From assembly GCA_951406725.2 (NCBI GenBank), contig OX597831.1:7068001-7132000 (forward strand): a DNA stretch of 64,000 nt. The letters are read 5' to 3'. Of this stretch, positions 39,154-50,074 are shown piece after piece. The notes under the pieces were generated by a model. That model saw only the letters and a list, made by a program, of their open reading frames with translations. It was not told the origin of the DNA and did not search any database. Every line of letters begins with the position of its first letter. Within the stretch, counting starts at the first letter, position 1. This stretch comes from Octopus vulgaris (lineage: Eukaryota). Both the position numbers and the translations under genes were made by a program.

Positions 39154-40352
39154 AATATCATTGAAGTAAAATACTATCCTTAAACCTGTTTCCTCTAGAT
39201 AAAGCAATAAATCTATAATCAGACACTGTGAACTAAACAATGTCTTGCAGATCATTATTCTTCTGCTTATCAATTACCTGCTTCAACTCATGTTCATTCA
39301 ACGTTCCCCAGCATTCATGCAATTTGAACAACAATAGATCATGTCTTCAACAACACAATAGAACCGATGCTGCTAATACTAGTGCCAATCAAATATTGAA
39401 CAGAATTACAAGTCTGATCTATACCGAAGCAGATAATTATTTTTTTGAAAAACATTTTTTGCAAAAATTATTCAGTTTGCTTTTTTTGTTCAAAATAATT
39501 TCCATTGTAGAATTGTTAAAGTTTGGTTCTCTAAATTTGCTTGTCTTGTGCCACAGTCTGAGCAATAATTTACAGTGATTCTCTCCATACCATTATTTGT
39601 TTGGTTATTTTTCTGAGTTCCTCCAAGTTTTGTAGACAGTTCAGTTGGCCTCTAATTATGAATGTATTTTGTTTTTTTTCAAATCACTTGAAACTATTTC
39701 TCCCCATTTGTAAACCCCACCAGTTAACTGATGGCAGAGCTTTTAGTCGTAACTTTCTTCTCTTCCTATAGAGAACACAAATGCACTGGATTAAACTAGA
39801 TTGTTTTAAGATGAAGACAAAACTAATTTAAATGCTAAATTTGGGCTGGTGTCTATAACATGATTGCTAATGCAACAAAGCAATGTAGAAGATGTGGCTT
39901 TCATTTCTTCCTTTTATTCATGCTTGGTTTCCATTCAGATGAATGTTTTATAATTATGCCAATATTTAGTTTTAATACATAAAAGAGCTTTTTTTTTTTC
40001 TCCCTTTTTGACAAAATATGAAAATAGAACATGCGTGTGTGTGTGTGTGGTGGGGGGTGTTCTCTCTCAGCCAAATAATAACAATGGAAAGCTACATAAT
40101 TGTGTTACTACGGCTACTGAGGGATAATGGTGAGAGATATAAAAGCACTCTCATGAAGCATTTGAAATCTCAGCTTAAAAGTAGCAATTCACTAAGAGAT
40201 TATTGCCTGGTATTACCATATCACTGCTGTCTGATATTACCATTATGAGAAAAATGGTAAATTCACTAAATTAATATTGCAGAACTACAGTCTCCCCATA
40301 TTGCAAGAAATTTAAGGCAAAGTAAATGCTAGATTATTTTTCAATGTTTTTT

Positions 40353-40660
40353 CGGTGGCATGTAAAAAGCACCATTCAAACGTGGCCGATGCCAGTGCTG
40401 CCTTGACTGGCTTCCGTGCTGGTAGCACGTAAAAAGCACCTACCGATCGTGGCCGTTGCTAGCCTCACCTGGCACCTGTGCCGGTGGCATGTAAAAAGCA
40501 CCCACTACACTCACAGACTGGTTGGCATTAGAAAGGGCATCCAGCTGTAGAAACACTGCCAGATCAGACTGGGCCTGGTGCAGCCTCCTGGCTTCCCAGA
40601 CCCCGTTGAACCGTCCAACCCACGCTAGCATGGAAAACGAACGTTAAACGATGATGATGA
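40353..40660 (+). mobile_element. RTE-LINE 3'-end repeat with three internal units
   Basis: GG(T/C)(G/A)GCA(C/T)GTAAAAAGCACC three times; (GAT)n tail. Confidence 0.85.
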
Positions 40661-41119
40661 TTACTATTATTGGCAGGATGTTTCTATAAATATAAATATT
40701 TTCATGAATTGTCAGAGAAGGTATTGTTGCAGCTAATTACATACAACTCTAGAACAAAAGTCAGTATCCCCCCTCACCCCATTCCAGCTGAGGTAAGAAA
40801 CTGGTCAATGTGTTCACAATCAAAAGGCAAGTCTACAACATCATAATTAGTCATAAGTAGTTTCCAATTCTCAAGAAGAAAGTAACTAACTTAGCAGGTT
40901 AATCTGTAATAGGAGGTGAGCATCCTATCCAAGGGGTTCTGCTCATCATCCACTCATTATTGTAGAAAATAGAAACATGAACATCATGACTTACAGTTAT
41001 AAGACAACTTAATGTTTTAATAATGATTTCAAGAAAATAAACTATTAAGAATGGTTCGTCCAGTTAAAAAACCAAAACCTGCAAAAATCAGTAACCTCCA
41101 GGGGCTTAACAACACTAAA

Positions 41120-41454
41120 AGACCCCCTTCGGTCATGAATGACCATGGGATTGCACCTAGAAAGTTACCCTCCTAGACACAAGTCCGGGCAAGGTTGTTT
41201 ATGGAAGGCTAGCAGTCGCCCATGCATACCAGCCTCCCCTCTCCATGCCACCAGTGTTATCCAAGGGAAAGACAAAGGTCGATACAGCTTGGCACCTGTG
41301 ACGTCGCAACTCATTTCTACAGCTGAGTGAACTGGAGCAACGTGAAATAAAGTGCCTTGCTCGAGAACACAACACGCAGCCCGGTCCGGAATTCGAGCTC
41401 ACAACCTCACGATCGTAAGCTCGACGCTCTAACCACTGAGCCATGCGCCTTCAC
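41120..41454 (-). mobile_element. tRNA(Arg)-like SINE family C
   Basis: Head GGCGCATGGCTCAGTGGTTAGAGCGTCGAGCTTACGATCG (ACG anticodon-like loop); TSD ACAACACTA. Confidence 0.9.
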
Positions 41455-41489
41455 AACACTACATGCTAAATAATTATGTGTTTAAGTTA

Positions 41490-42020
41490 TATATATAGTG
41501 GCTGCCCCCTCGTTATCGAGTATGGCCATTGCACGAAACTTAATGTTGTTATCATGCAATGCCTGTGCAAGAAGATTTTTTTTTTAAAGTGAGGAAAGGC
41601 TGTGCACTGAGTCAATCCCACTCACTAAGCAACAGCAGCCATAATCCGAAAAGAAGAACAAGTCAACATCATCGGTAACCACTGAGCCGCAGGTTTTATG
41701 TCGGAGTTATCCCAGTTACCTTCTCCTAGAAGGATGCCCTAACAAAGGCTAGGAGTCCTTCACTCCCAATGGTTTAACAGCGCAATCGGGTATTCAATCT
41801 GATTATTTCTATGTCTCCGCGCATGATACAGCCTTAAGACATTTATTGGATGGCCGTTGACTCTCAAACGTTCCTCTGCCCTTTGATGGGTTTTGTTTTT
41901 CATCCTGCAGGGTGTCCAATAAACACCCTCCTCACCAAGCAATCTTGGTGGGGTTGCCGGTTTAGTCGCCGACGACCCGACCATGCAACATGTTGTACTG
42001 GGTTACATGTTACCAGTATA
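41490..42020 (-). mobile_element. Non-autonomous bipartite RTE-derived element (RTE 5'-UTR motif plus RTE 3' end)
   Basis: Minus strand GGGCATCCTTCTAGGAGAAGGTAAC resembles the RTE 5'-UTR motif; ends CTCGATAACGAGGGGGCAGCCAC-(TA)n like RTE 3' termini. Confidence 0.55.
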
Positions 42021-42431
42021 TATTTGTATCTTGTCAAAGCAACATTTACTGCCAATCAACCCAGCATTCTTGACCCCACCACCACTCTACCTGTTGCTCA
42101 TCTCTCTCTCTCTCTCTCTCCCATTCATATCCCTCCATCTCTATCCCCATTCAATTCTCCCATCCCTATCACCATCCTTGTCACTCAACCATTCTTACCC
42201 TTCATTAGGAGCCGGCATCAGGTCATCCTCCTCCCTCAGTTTCACTCTCCCATCCTTGGGCCTATGTCTAAGGGACAACACCAAACTGTCTGTACCCAAT
42301 ACAGTCTAATTCCACCTTTCTTTTTTTTTACTGTTAGCCACCACTCTCTCTCTCTCTCTCTCTCCTGGGGCCAATTCTGTTATTACCCATCACCTACTCT
42401 TGCATTTGTTAACCTCTGTTATTTGCTTTTA

Positions 42432-42661
42432 AGGCAGCGAGCTGGCAGAACCGTTAGCACGTCAGGTGAAATGTGTAGCCATATTTCGTCTGCCGTTACG
42501 TTCTGAGTTCAAATTCCACCGAGGTCGACTTTGCCTTTCATCCTTTCAGGGTCGATAAATTAAGTACCAGTTACACACTGGAGTTGATGTAATCGTCTTA
42601 ATTCACTTGTCTGTCCTTGTTTGTCCCCTCTGTGTTTAGCCTCTTGTGGGTAATAAAGAAA
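42432..42661 (+). mobile_element. SINE family A inserted in a pyrimidine-rich tract
   Basis: Full-length; TSD GTTATTTGCTT at 42418 and 42667. Confidence 0.9.
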
Positions 42662-44592
42662 CAAAGTTATTTGCTTATCACTCACTTCCCACTTTCACCC
42701 AATACCCATCTACCCTCATACTCTTCTTACTCCTTTCGCCTACCTATTTTGGCCCTCCTGATCTCATTGCTCCCTATGCCCTATTCTCATCCTTGGTTAT
42801 GTTGCCTGAATGAAATTATATGCCTCGGGGGAGTGAATGCTCTTTACACTTTCTGCGTGCAAGGCACTGACTCCAGCAGTGGCACAACAGCAAAACGTCC
42901 CCTACTTCTCTCACTTCACCCCCCCCCCCCAGAGTGACAGCTAAGTGAACAGAAGCAAAATAGGGTTGCAATGTCCTTTAAATCCTGTCTCACCAAGCAT
43001 TTGACAACCTCCCTAATGATGGTACCCTGAGAAATTGCACCAGCACTCACAGTAAAATGCTTGGTAAAAGGAAGGGTATCCAGTCACAGAAACAAAGCCA
43101 AATGATACAAACACCAGTCTATGAGAGCAGTGGTTCCTGATGAGAACTGACTCTGAAGATATCCAACTAATACCTGTAGGAAAGCAGATGTAAAATTATG
43201 ATGACGATGAATAAAATTGCAATATATTCCTAAAATTACATGCAGTTTAACAGCTGCTAAAATGACATCAGTTGAAAGAAAGTCAAAAGCAGGGTAGATT
43301 TAGATGACTTTCAAACAGGTGAAACAGTGAATTCTAAATTCTGTTCTGATTCCTGGAAGCTCCAGACATTTCTTGAATGCATTCAACTAATTTATAGCAT
43401 TTCAACTGGAATATGCCTTCCAAAATCTTTCACTGAAGATAGATTTTTCAGAATCACCATTGTCCAGTTTTCCTCTTTAGTAGAATGCTTGCTCTTTTAC
43501 CTATAAAATCACTAAACCTTTGAGATCAAAATAAATCTTATCACTCAATCAGTCGTATTGCATCAGAAACATAGAAACTGTTGAAACAGAGGAGTTCACG
43601 ATGAAAGAAAACTGAGGGGAAGACATGAAAAGTAAAACAGATGTTGTGTTATGTTATTTTTGCAACAGTTAGATGGCTAATACCTGGCCTTTGATGGCAT
43701 CTCGTAAAATATTACATGTAGTTTGGTGAGTAAAAACAGAAACAAGGTTAGGCTAAACAGCCGGATGTAGAGGTCAACAAATTCAAAGCATTTGGCAAAG
43801 GCAACCTTGACCTTCACTAATTTTTTTTTTTAATTAATATTAAGCTGTAAATGAAAATAAACTATAGAAATCAAATAGGACCTGATGGTAACCAAAGCTG
43901 TGCAAAGAACAGAAGAGAAAATATTGCTGAAATACAGAGCTGAACAGTCAACACAAGAACTGATTCAAAATTATATCAAAAATGGTAAATCAAGAAACTT
44001 ACTTTCCAAAAGAAGCCCTTCATTTTCAAAGTTAAGAAATACTTTATTTTTGAAAACTTTGAAACAATCTATTCATGATAAATTATTTATTAACTTCACG
44101 AGAGAATTATTTTAATCCCTTATAAACAATTTGAATTAAAACTACATTAATAGTTTTTTTCTTAAATTATATATATTTTAGAGTTCGGTTAATTCTAATC
44201 AAATACCCCTTTCTGTATTCATTTGAAGGGTTTGATACTGTTAGTTTCAGAAGTTTGTGATGTGTGGTTTGAAACCAATTAGTGTATTTGATTTAGCCCT
44301 GGAGATTGATAAACAGAAGGAGGCTAATCATATGAATGCAAAATTTTGGAAAGAGCAACTCCCTCTACCATTTGATACATATTTAGTTTGGATTAAAAAA
44401 AAAAGATAATGTTTGTGCTTGATATGCACAAACTAAATATTCTCTAGATTAGTCTCAGCGACTTTTAGTGTAAGCTGAGTTGAAAATGCCATGCACATAG
44501 ACCCACCATCCCAGGCAAAATGATAAAAAAATAATTGATTACATCCTAATTAGAAATTGAAACATTACCTCATGTTTTCATTTATACTGAAG

Positions 44593-44760
44593 TCTATCTA
44601 TATATATATCTATCTCTCTCTCTATATATATATCTATCTATATCTATCTCTATATCTATCTATATATCTATATCTATATCTATCTATATCTATCTATATC
44701 TATCTATATATATATATCTATATCTATATCTATCTATATAAATATATCTATATATATATA
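44593..44760. repeat. Compound (TA)n/(TATC)n/(TATATC)n microsatellite
   Basis: Direct reading. Confidence 0.95.
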
Positions 44761-47028
44761 TGACTGATGATGAAACTATAATAGTTTAAATGTTAAATCT
44801 TTTTTGTATGAACGATATTGATGTCTGCGTATCTAGTTTTTCTTTCTGTTAACTGATTCAAAACATTGCAAAACAAAGAACGTAATAAAAGTCTTTGGAA
44901 AGATGATGTGAGTAGATAGTCCCACACAGCACAACTCAAGTTGGCCAATGGCACAGAAGCAGTCAAGCAAATGCATAGCAGTAACCCAGAGGTGTAACAT
45001 TTCAGACAGGTTATGCTTTCATTGTGTTTGGGACCATAGTCTACCCACCTTAAAGTCAGAGTTGATTGCATGGAGTGTAACATGGCAGAGAGGGCAAGTT
45101 GCTCATAATTTCTTACTACTGTTTAATCCCAAACCAGCCCTGAGTGAGCACACTTATAACTGAATATCCTATCTGTTTTTTCGAGGTATTGTATACTGAG
45201 GTTGGTATTATCCAGTAAGCCCTTCCTTTTTCAAGATATCAGTGTTACGAGAGATTTATATGTGAATTCTAGCAGGATCTTTTATTGGCTTGGTGAGTTT
45301 AGATTTGAAGGTGTTTGCCACAATGGAAGTAGATAGGATGATACAATCAGTAGACAACAGTTAGCTTTGTATAACCAGAATGTTTTAGTAGCTGGCAATC
45401 CAGCAAATAGTTTGGGCCAAGTGAGGCAACTGGCTGCTGTTATTTTACCATATAAAAAATAGATTTATGGTAAAGTTTTTAACAATTCATTACCCTTTCA
45501 CCATTTAGAATAGGTAAGCACTTTATTTTATTTTATTAAATATTTCTTTAACTTCAATAATGTTGGTATTTTATGTGGACACCCGAATTTTTTTTCTGGG
45601 CTTTTCTTAATGTTTTTGAAAAAGGTTGGAACATGACACAATTTTATGTCTCTTCTTTAGATGTGAAGCCTTGTGACTATGGAAGAAATCAATATTTTAT
45701 TGACTATAAAACTACATGAAAGTACCTTGTAAATTTCAACGAAAATAAACAGCAACAACACTACAAAATGACAGGATAGTTGGCCATAAAAGTTTGTAAT
45801 AAGTGAAGAAAGAAGTAAATATGACTGCCATGATTGAATGAATGAAAAAAGATATTTATAAATTTATGTCTTCCAAAAGCAAAATAAATGCCAATGTAAG
45901 TTGGAAGAAAATCAATAAATAGAGGTCAGTTACCAAAATGCTAGATTATAGCAGAGAAAGAAGGTTGGTAGTAGAATGGTACAATAGAGGAGGGGGAGTA
46001 TAAGTGACTGACCCAAGATTTGTGCATAATTATAAAGTTCAGCACAAAAATACAAAAAGACACAAATCAAATGTTAAAAACATGAAGATATTGCTATATT
46101 TTGGAATTGATGGGTAAAATATCTATTTTAAAACATCAGCATTGTCTGTAATATGAATTCTCTTCGTTTCTCTCTTATGTAACATTTTTATATGAAGTTC
46201 TTTCAAAGAAAATAATCAATCATACTAAATGCTACAAGTAAAATTCTGTAGGATGTGACATAATTCCTAAAAATCAACAATACACACGATCGTCTACAGT
46301 GATTTTGCTGACCTCCGACAGCAAATGCTATTTCCAGTGGTAGGCCAAAAAAGAGCAGTCTAACTTTTTGTGATTAAATATATAGTCGATTAGTTTGTAT
46401 TAATAATTAAATAAGAAATAATTACTAACAGAAATGAGGAGTGATCAAGTCCTGAAGGGAAATAGATGCACACATGATAAGAACAGTGTTAAACAGTGAT
46501 GCAACAAAAAAATTAGTTACAAACATGATTAGAATTATATTTTTATTGATTTTCATCTAAGCATAGGGAAAAAAAGTTCTATCTTGACCCCACCCCTAAC
46601 CACCACCCTCAAAAGATGCCAACAATGATCATATGATTAGAAATGATTAGAATATAGTCAAATTAACGATAATAATTACAGATATTTTTCATTAAAGAAT
46701 CAAAAATATATTTTACTCACAATGAAAATGAGACAATTATCAAAAGAAATAAACACTTTTGAAATTTGTTTTATTTTACAGCTAGATTCCCCATAATTAA
46801 CATTTATACTTAATGAGATAAACAAAAGAAAAAAGACACAATTTTCTTTCTTTTTTTTTTTAGTACCTTTCAAGAATCGTCCCTTAATAACCTTCATTCA
46901 CTTCAAGTGGTGGATGTAAACTGGCCAAAATATTAAAAAGAAATACAAAGATACTCCAACCACTTTGGAATGTTTGCTAAAGTGATGTGATATAATGAAA
47001 TATGGGTTTGTCCGATTCTATTACTTAC

Positions 47029-47091
47029 CCGCCGATATGTGACCCTCATGGTGTTTCTCTTGGGTGAGTTGGAAGTGGACATTTACATCCT
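47029..47091 (-). CDS. Candidate 63-nt exon
   Basis: aatgttttcaccag|AGGATG...TCGGCGG|gtaagt; phase 1/1 gives DVNVHFQLTQEKHHEGHISA; an internal ATG gives MSTSNSPKRNTMRVTYRR. Confidence 0.45.
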
Positions 47092-48094
47092 CTGGTGAAA
47101 CATTACAAGTTAAACTGCAACATGCAACTTGCATGCATTTTATATGTTCAGGGTAGGTTTATAATCCAGTGCGGAATATGACAATTCATGTTGAAAATTT
47201 TATTTTAATCATATTTATTCTAGAAATCCAAGTGAAAGCAGCCCTATCAATTAAGAAATTGTGTGATGTAGAGACGACAACTTTAAGTGGATTTTTTTTT
47301 TCTTTATAATTCAATCATGGATAAATATTTAATGAGGAATAGCAGAAGATATTACCAAAGTTTGTTTCCATTAGAGGACACAGTAAGTTTTATAAACAAG
47401 CAAGGAATATATATTTCTTAACACTTTTACATGTTCATTAGGAACACGTATAAAAAAATCATTTATTAGTTATTGCTAAAAATAAAAAGATTTTAGTACT
47501 CAGAAGTTCTTAATAGCTGAACCAAATATTTTGGTGATGGTAAACTTTAAATCAGAAAACCTAAAATGCTCATTGAAAAAAAAAAACTACCAAACAATTG
47601 TTTTATGTATATTTGATAAGAATATTTGGTTTGGATAATATAACAGTGGTTTGGTTTAAATGGGAGTGAAAATGTTTCAAATAGAAAACCCAAATAGCTG
47701 CACTGATTTCACTGTACAATATCATTAAGAAATAATAGCTATAAAAAGTAGAAGCTATCAAGTAATTTTACAGCACAATATCTTAGCAGCAACACTTCTT
47801 AAAACATAGTATTTCACGAAGGAGAACACAACCAGAAATCCATGCGGCTCTGGAGAAGCATGGCTTAGAAACTAATTCTTTAGATTTTTCCAGTAAGAGA
47901 AAAAAAAGTTAAATCTACAGATCTTTAGAAATATCACATTAATTGAAAATAAGGCACACGATGATAAGCAAGAATCGAAAAGGAAACTCGTCAACTATAT
48001 CAAACAGTCTTGTTTATCCAGTTATGGTTTCAAATTGTTTTGTGAAAAGAAAAAAAAATCATGTTTAATAACATTTATCCCAAATGTTAATTAG

Positions 48095-48265
48095 TCAGTT
48101 TCCATTAATTGTAATGAGATTAAAATTTGTACTTGATTGTGTTCCTGTTTTATCCTGTCCTAGGATACACAGTGAAGTAACGATATACATCCATAGCCAT
48201 TGCTTAAGAGCACTTGTGGGTATCGACATCTCCAGCTCTGGGTTTTGGGTTGATTCTGTCCACAT
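48095..48265 (-). CDS. Small ORF (56 aa) with signal-peptide/TM-like segment; possible first coding exon
   Basis: MWTESTQNPELEMSIPTSALKQWLWMYIVTSLCILGQDKTGTQSSTNFNLITINGN*; preceded on the minus strand by (CTG)n tracts. Confidence 0.3.
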   Translation of the reverse strand: MWTESTQNPELEMSIPTSALKQWLWMYIVTSLCILGQDKTGTQSSTNFNLITINGN

Positions 48266-48412
48266 AGTAATGTGTGTCTACAGGGAATCGCAGTTTAAAT
48301 TGCAGTCCAGTACAAAAGAAGGGGGGAAAAAACTGAAATACATCGTATTAGTGTCGATGGTAAGGAACACGAGCTGATGCTCACCACGGAAAGTGACACA
48401 CAACAGACACAG

Positions 48413-48565
48413 CAACTGCAGCAGTAGCAGCAGCAGCAGAAGCAGCAGCAGAGCTTCAACAGAGAACTCACTCCATTTCTTTCTTTCCCTCTCCCTCTTC
48501 TTCTTCTTCACACACACAAGCACATTATACACATGATGCAGCAGCAGCAACAATTGTATTATTAG

Positions 48566-48598
<33 letters not shown>
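48413..48598. repeat. Clustered (CAG)n tracts
   Basis: Three imperfect or perfect CAG runs. Confidence 0.9.
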
Positions 48599-49049
48599 TG
48601 CTTCGACTGTTTTGAAAATTTTCTTTGCTGCACAAAATAGATGGAGAGGTAGACATACAACTGCATGAGGTTCACATCAAACTTACAGTCGGCTGCTGCT
48701 GTCTATTGACTAAAATATTATCGATAAAACTGTGAAAAGTACGATTGCCAAACGAGGATAATTACTGACAAACTTATTAACATTTTCCTAATATACACAT
48801 CTCCCTGATTAACTCTAAGCCAGAAAGCTTCCTTCTTTATTCAGAGCAAAAAAAAAAAGAAAAAAGATTTAGTAAACTACATTTTCAGTTGTTTCACAGT
48901 GTTTAAGATGTAAGTGTATATAAGTGTATATATAGTTCAAAATATAGATTTGCTTTTATGATTTGGTACATTTGAAGTAGATTTCCAAAGTAGGAACTTT
49001 TTGAAACAGTTTTAGACCATTTTTTGTTAAATATAAGAACTGTAAATCA

Positions 49050-49610
49050 AAATCACATTCGATGGCTGGCATCCGTACTAGCGGGGTGCAAAGAGCACCC
49101 CATACGAGCGTGATCGTTGACAGAGCAGCTAACCGGCTTCAGTGCCAGTGGCACATAAAAGGCACCATTCGAGTGTGATCGTTACCAGCGTCGCCTTACT
49201 GGCACTTGTGCCTGTGCTAGTAGGGTGCCAAGAGCACCATCCGAGCTTGATCGTTGCCAGAGCAGCCAACTGGCTTCCGTACCTGTGGCACATAAAAGGG
49301 CATCATTTGAGTGTGATCGTTACCAACGTCGCTTCACTGGCACCTGTGCCAGTGGCACGTGTAAAAAGATTCGAGTGAGGTCATTACCAGTACCACCTGA
49401 CTGGCCCCCGTGCTGGTGGCACGTAAAAATCACCCACTACACTCTCAGAGTGGTTGGTGTTAGGAAGGGCATCCAGCTGTAGAAACTCTGCCAGATCAAG
49501 ATTGGAGCCTGGTGCAGCCATCTGGTTCGCCAGCCTTCAGTCAAAATTGTCCAACCCATACCAGCATGGAAAGCAGATGTTAAACGATGATGATGATGAT
49601 GATGATGATG
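49050..49610 (+). mobile_element. RTE-LINE 3'-end repeat with higher-order internal array
   Basis: Five to six diverged units of about 65-70 bp, then the conserved tail and (GAT)n. Confidence 0.85.
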
Positions 49611-50074
49611 TAACATGAAAGAATTGAATAAAGATTTTACCTTCTGATAATGCTTAGAGCCATATTCCTGCAGCACAAGTAGCAGGTGGCTGTTAACAGT
49701 TCTGTTAAACTAGAACCTGATTTGACTCCATTTCTTCTAATGTTTACAATAATAAAACAGAAACAAATCATAGATTGTGGAGCTCAAACACTAGACACAA
49801 GTGACAAAGGTTCACATGAAATGGATAAATTCAGTGAGTGAAAGGACTAGGGAGAGGAAGAGGGTGTAGATAGAACTCTGGTTAAGTTCCAATAGATAGT
49901 GACTCGAGCTTTTGTTAGTCAGAAAGTAGTTTTTTTTTTTCCCCTCATTAAAACCGTTCTATCAGATGAGTGTAGAAATTATTTGATTGTATGATAAAAC
50001 AATACACACACTAAAGGCAGAAGATATGCAGAATTAAAAGTATCAGGTAAGCAATAATAACAAAAATCTACTCC

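Noticed and set aside
39251-39327. Plus-strand possible last exon DHYSSAYQLPASTHVHSTFPSIHAI*
   Set aside because: Short acceptor tract, no partner exons identified, no homology recognised
40720-40860. FTIKRQVYNII resembling the Helitron FKVQGQVYHLI motif
   Set aside because: Too short and degenerate to call
41380-41454. tRNA-Arg-like sequence (also 11270-11346 and the heads of SINE A and B)
   Set aside because: SINE heads continuing into SINE bodies with TSDs; no proper acceptor stem, so not tRNA genes
46867-46920. 54-nt minus-strand segment with good acceptor and AAG|GTACTA donor
   Set aside because: Stops in all three phases; only viable as a UTR or start exon (MKVIKGRFLK), with no further support
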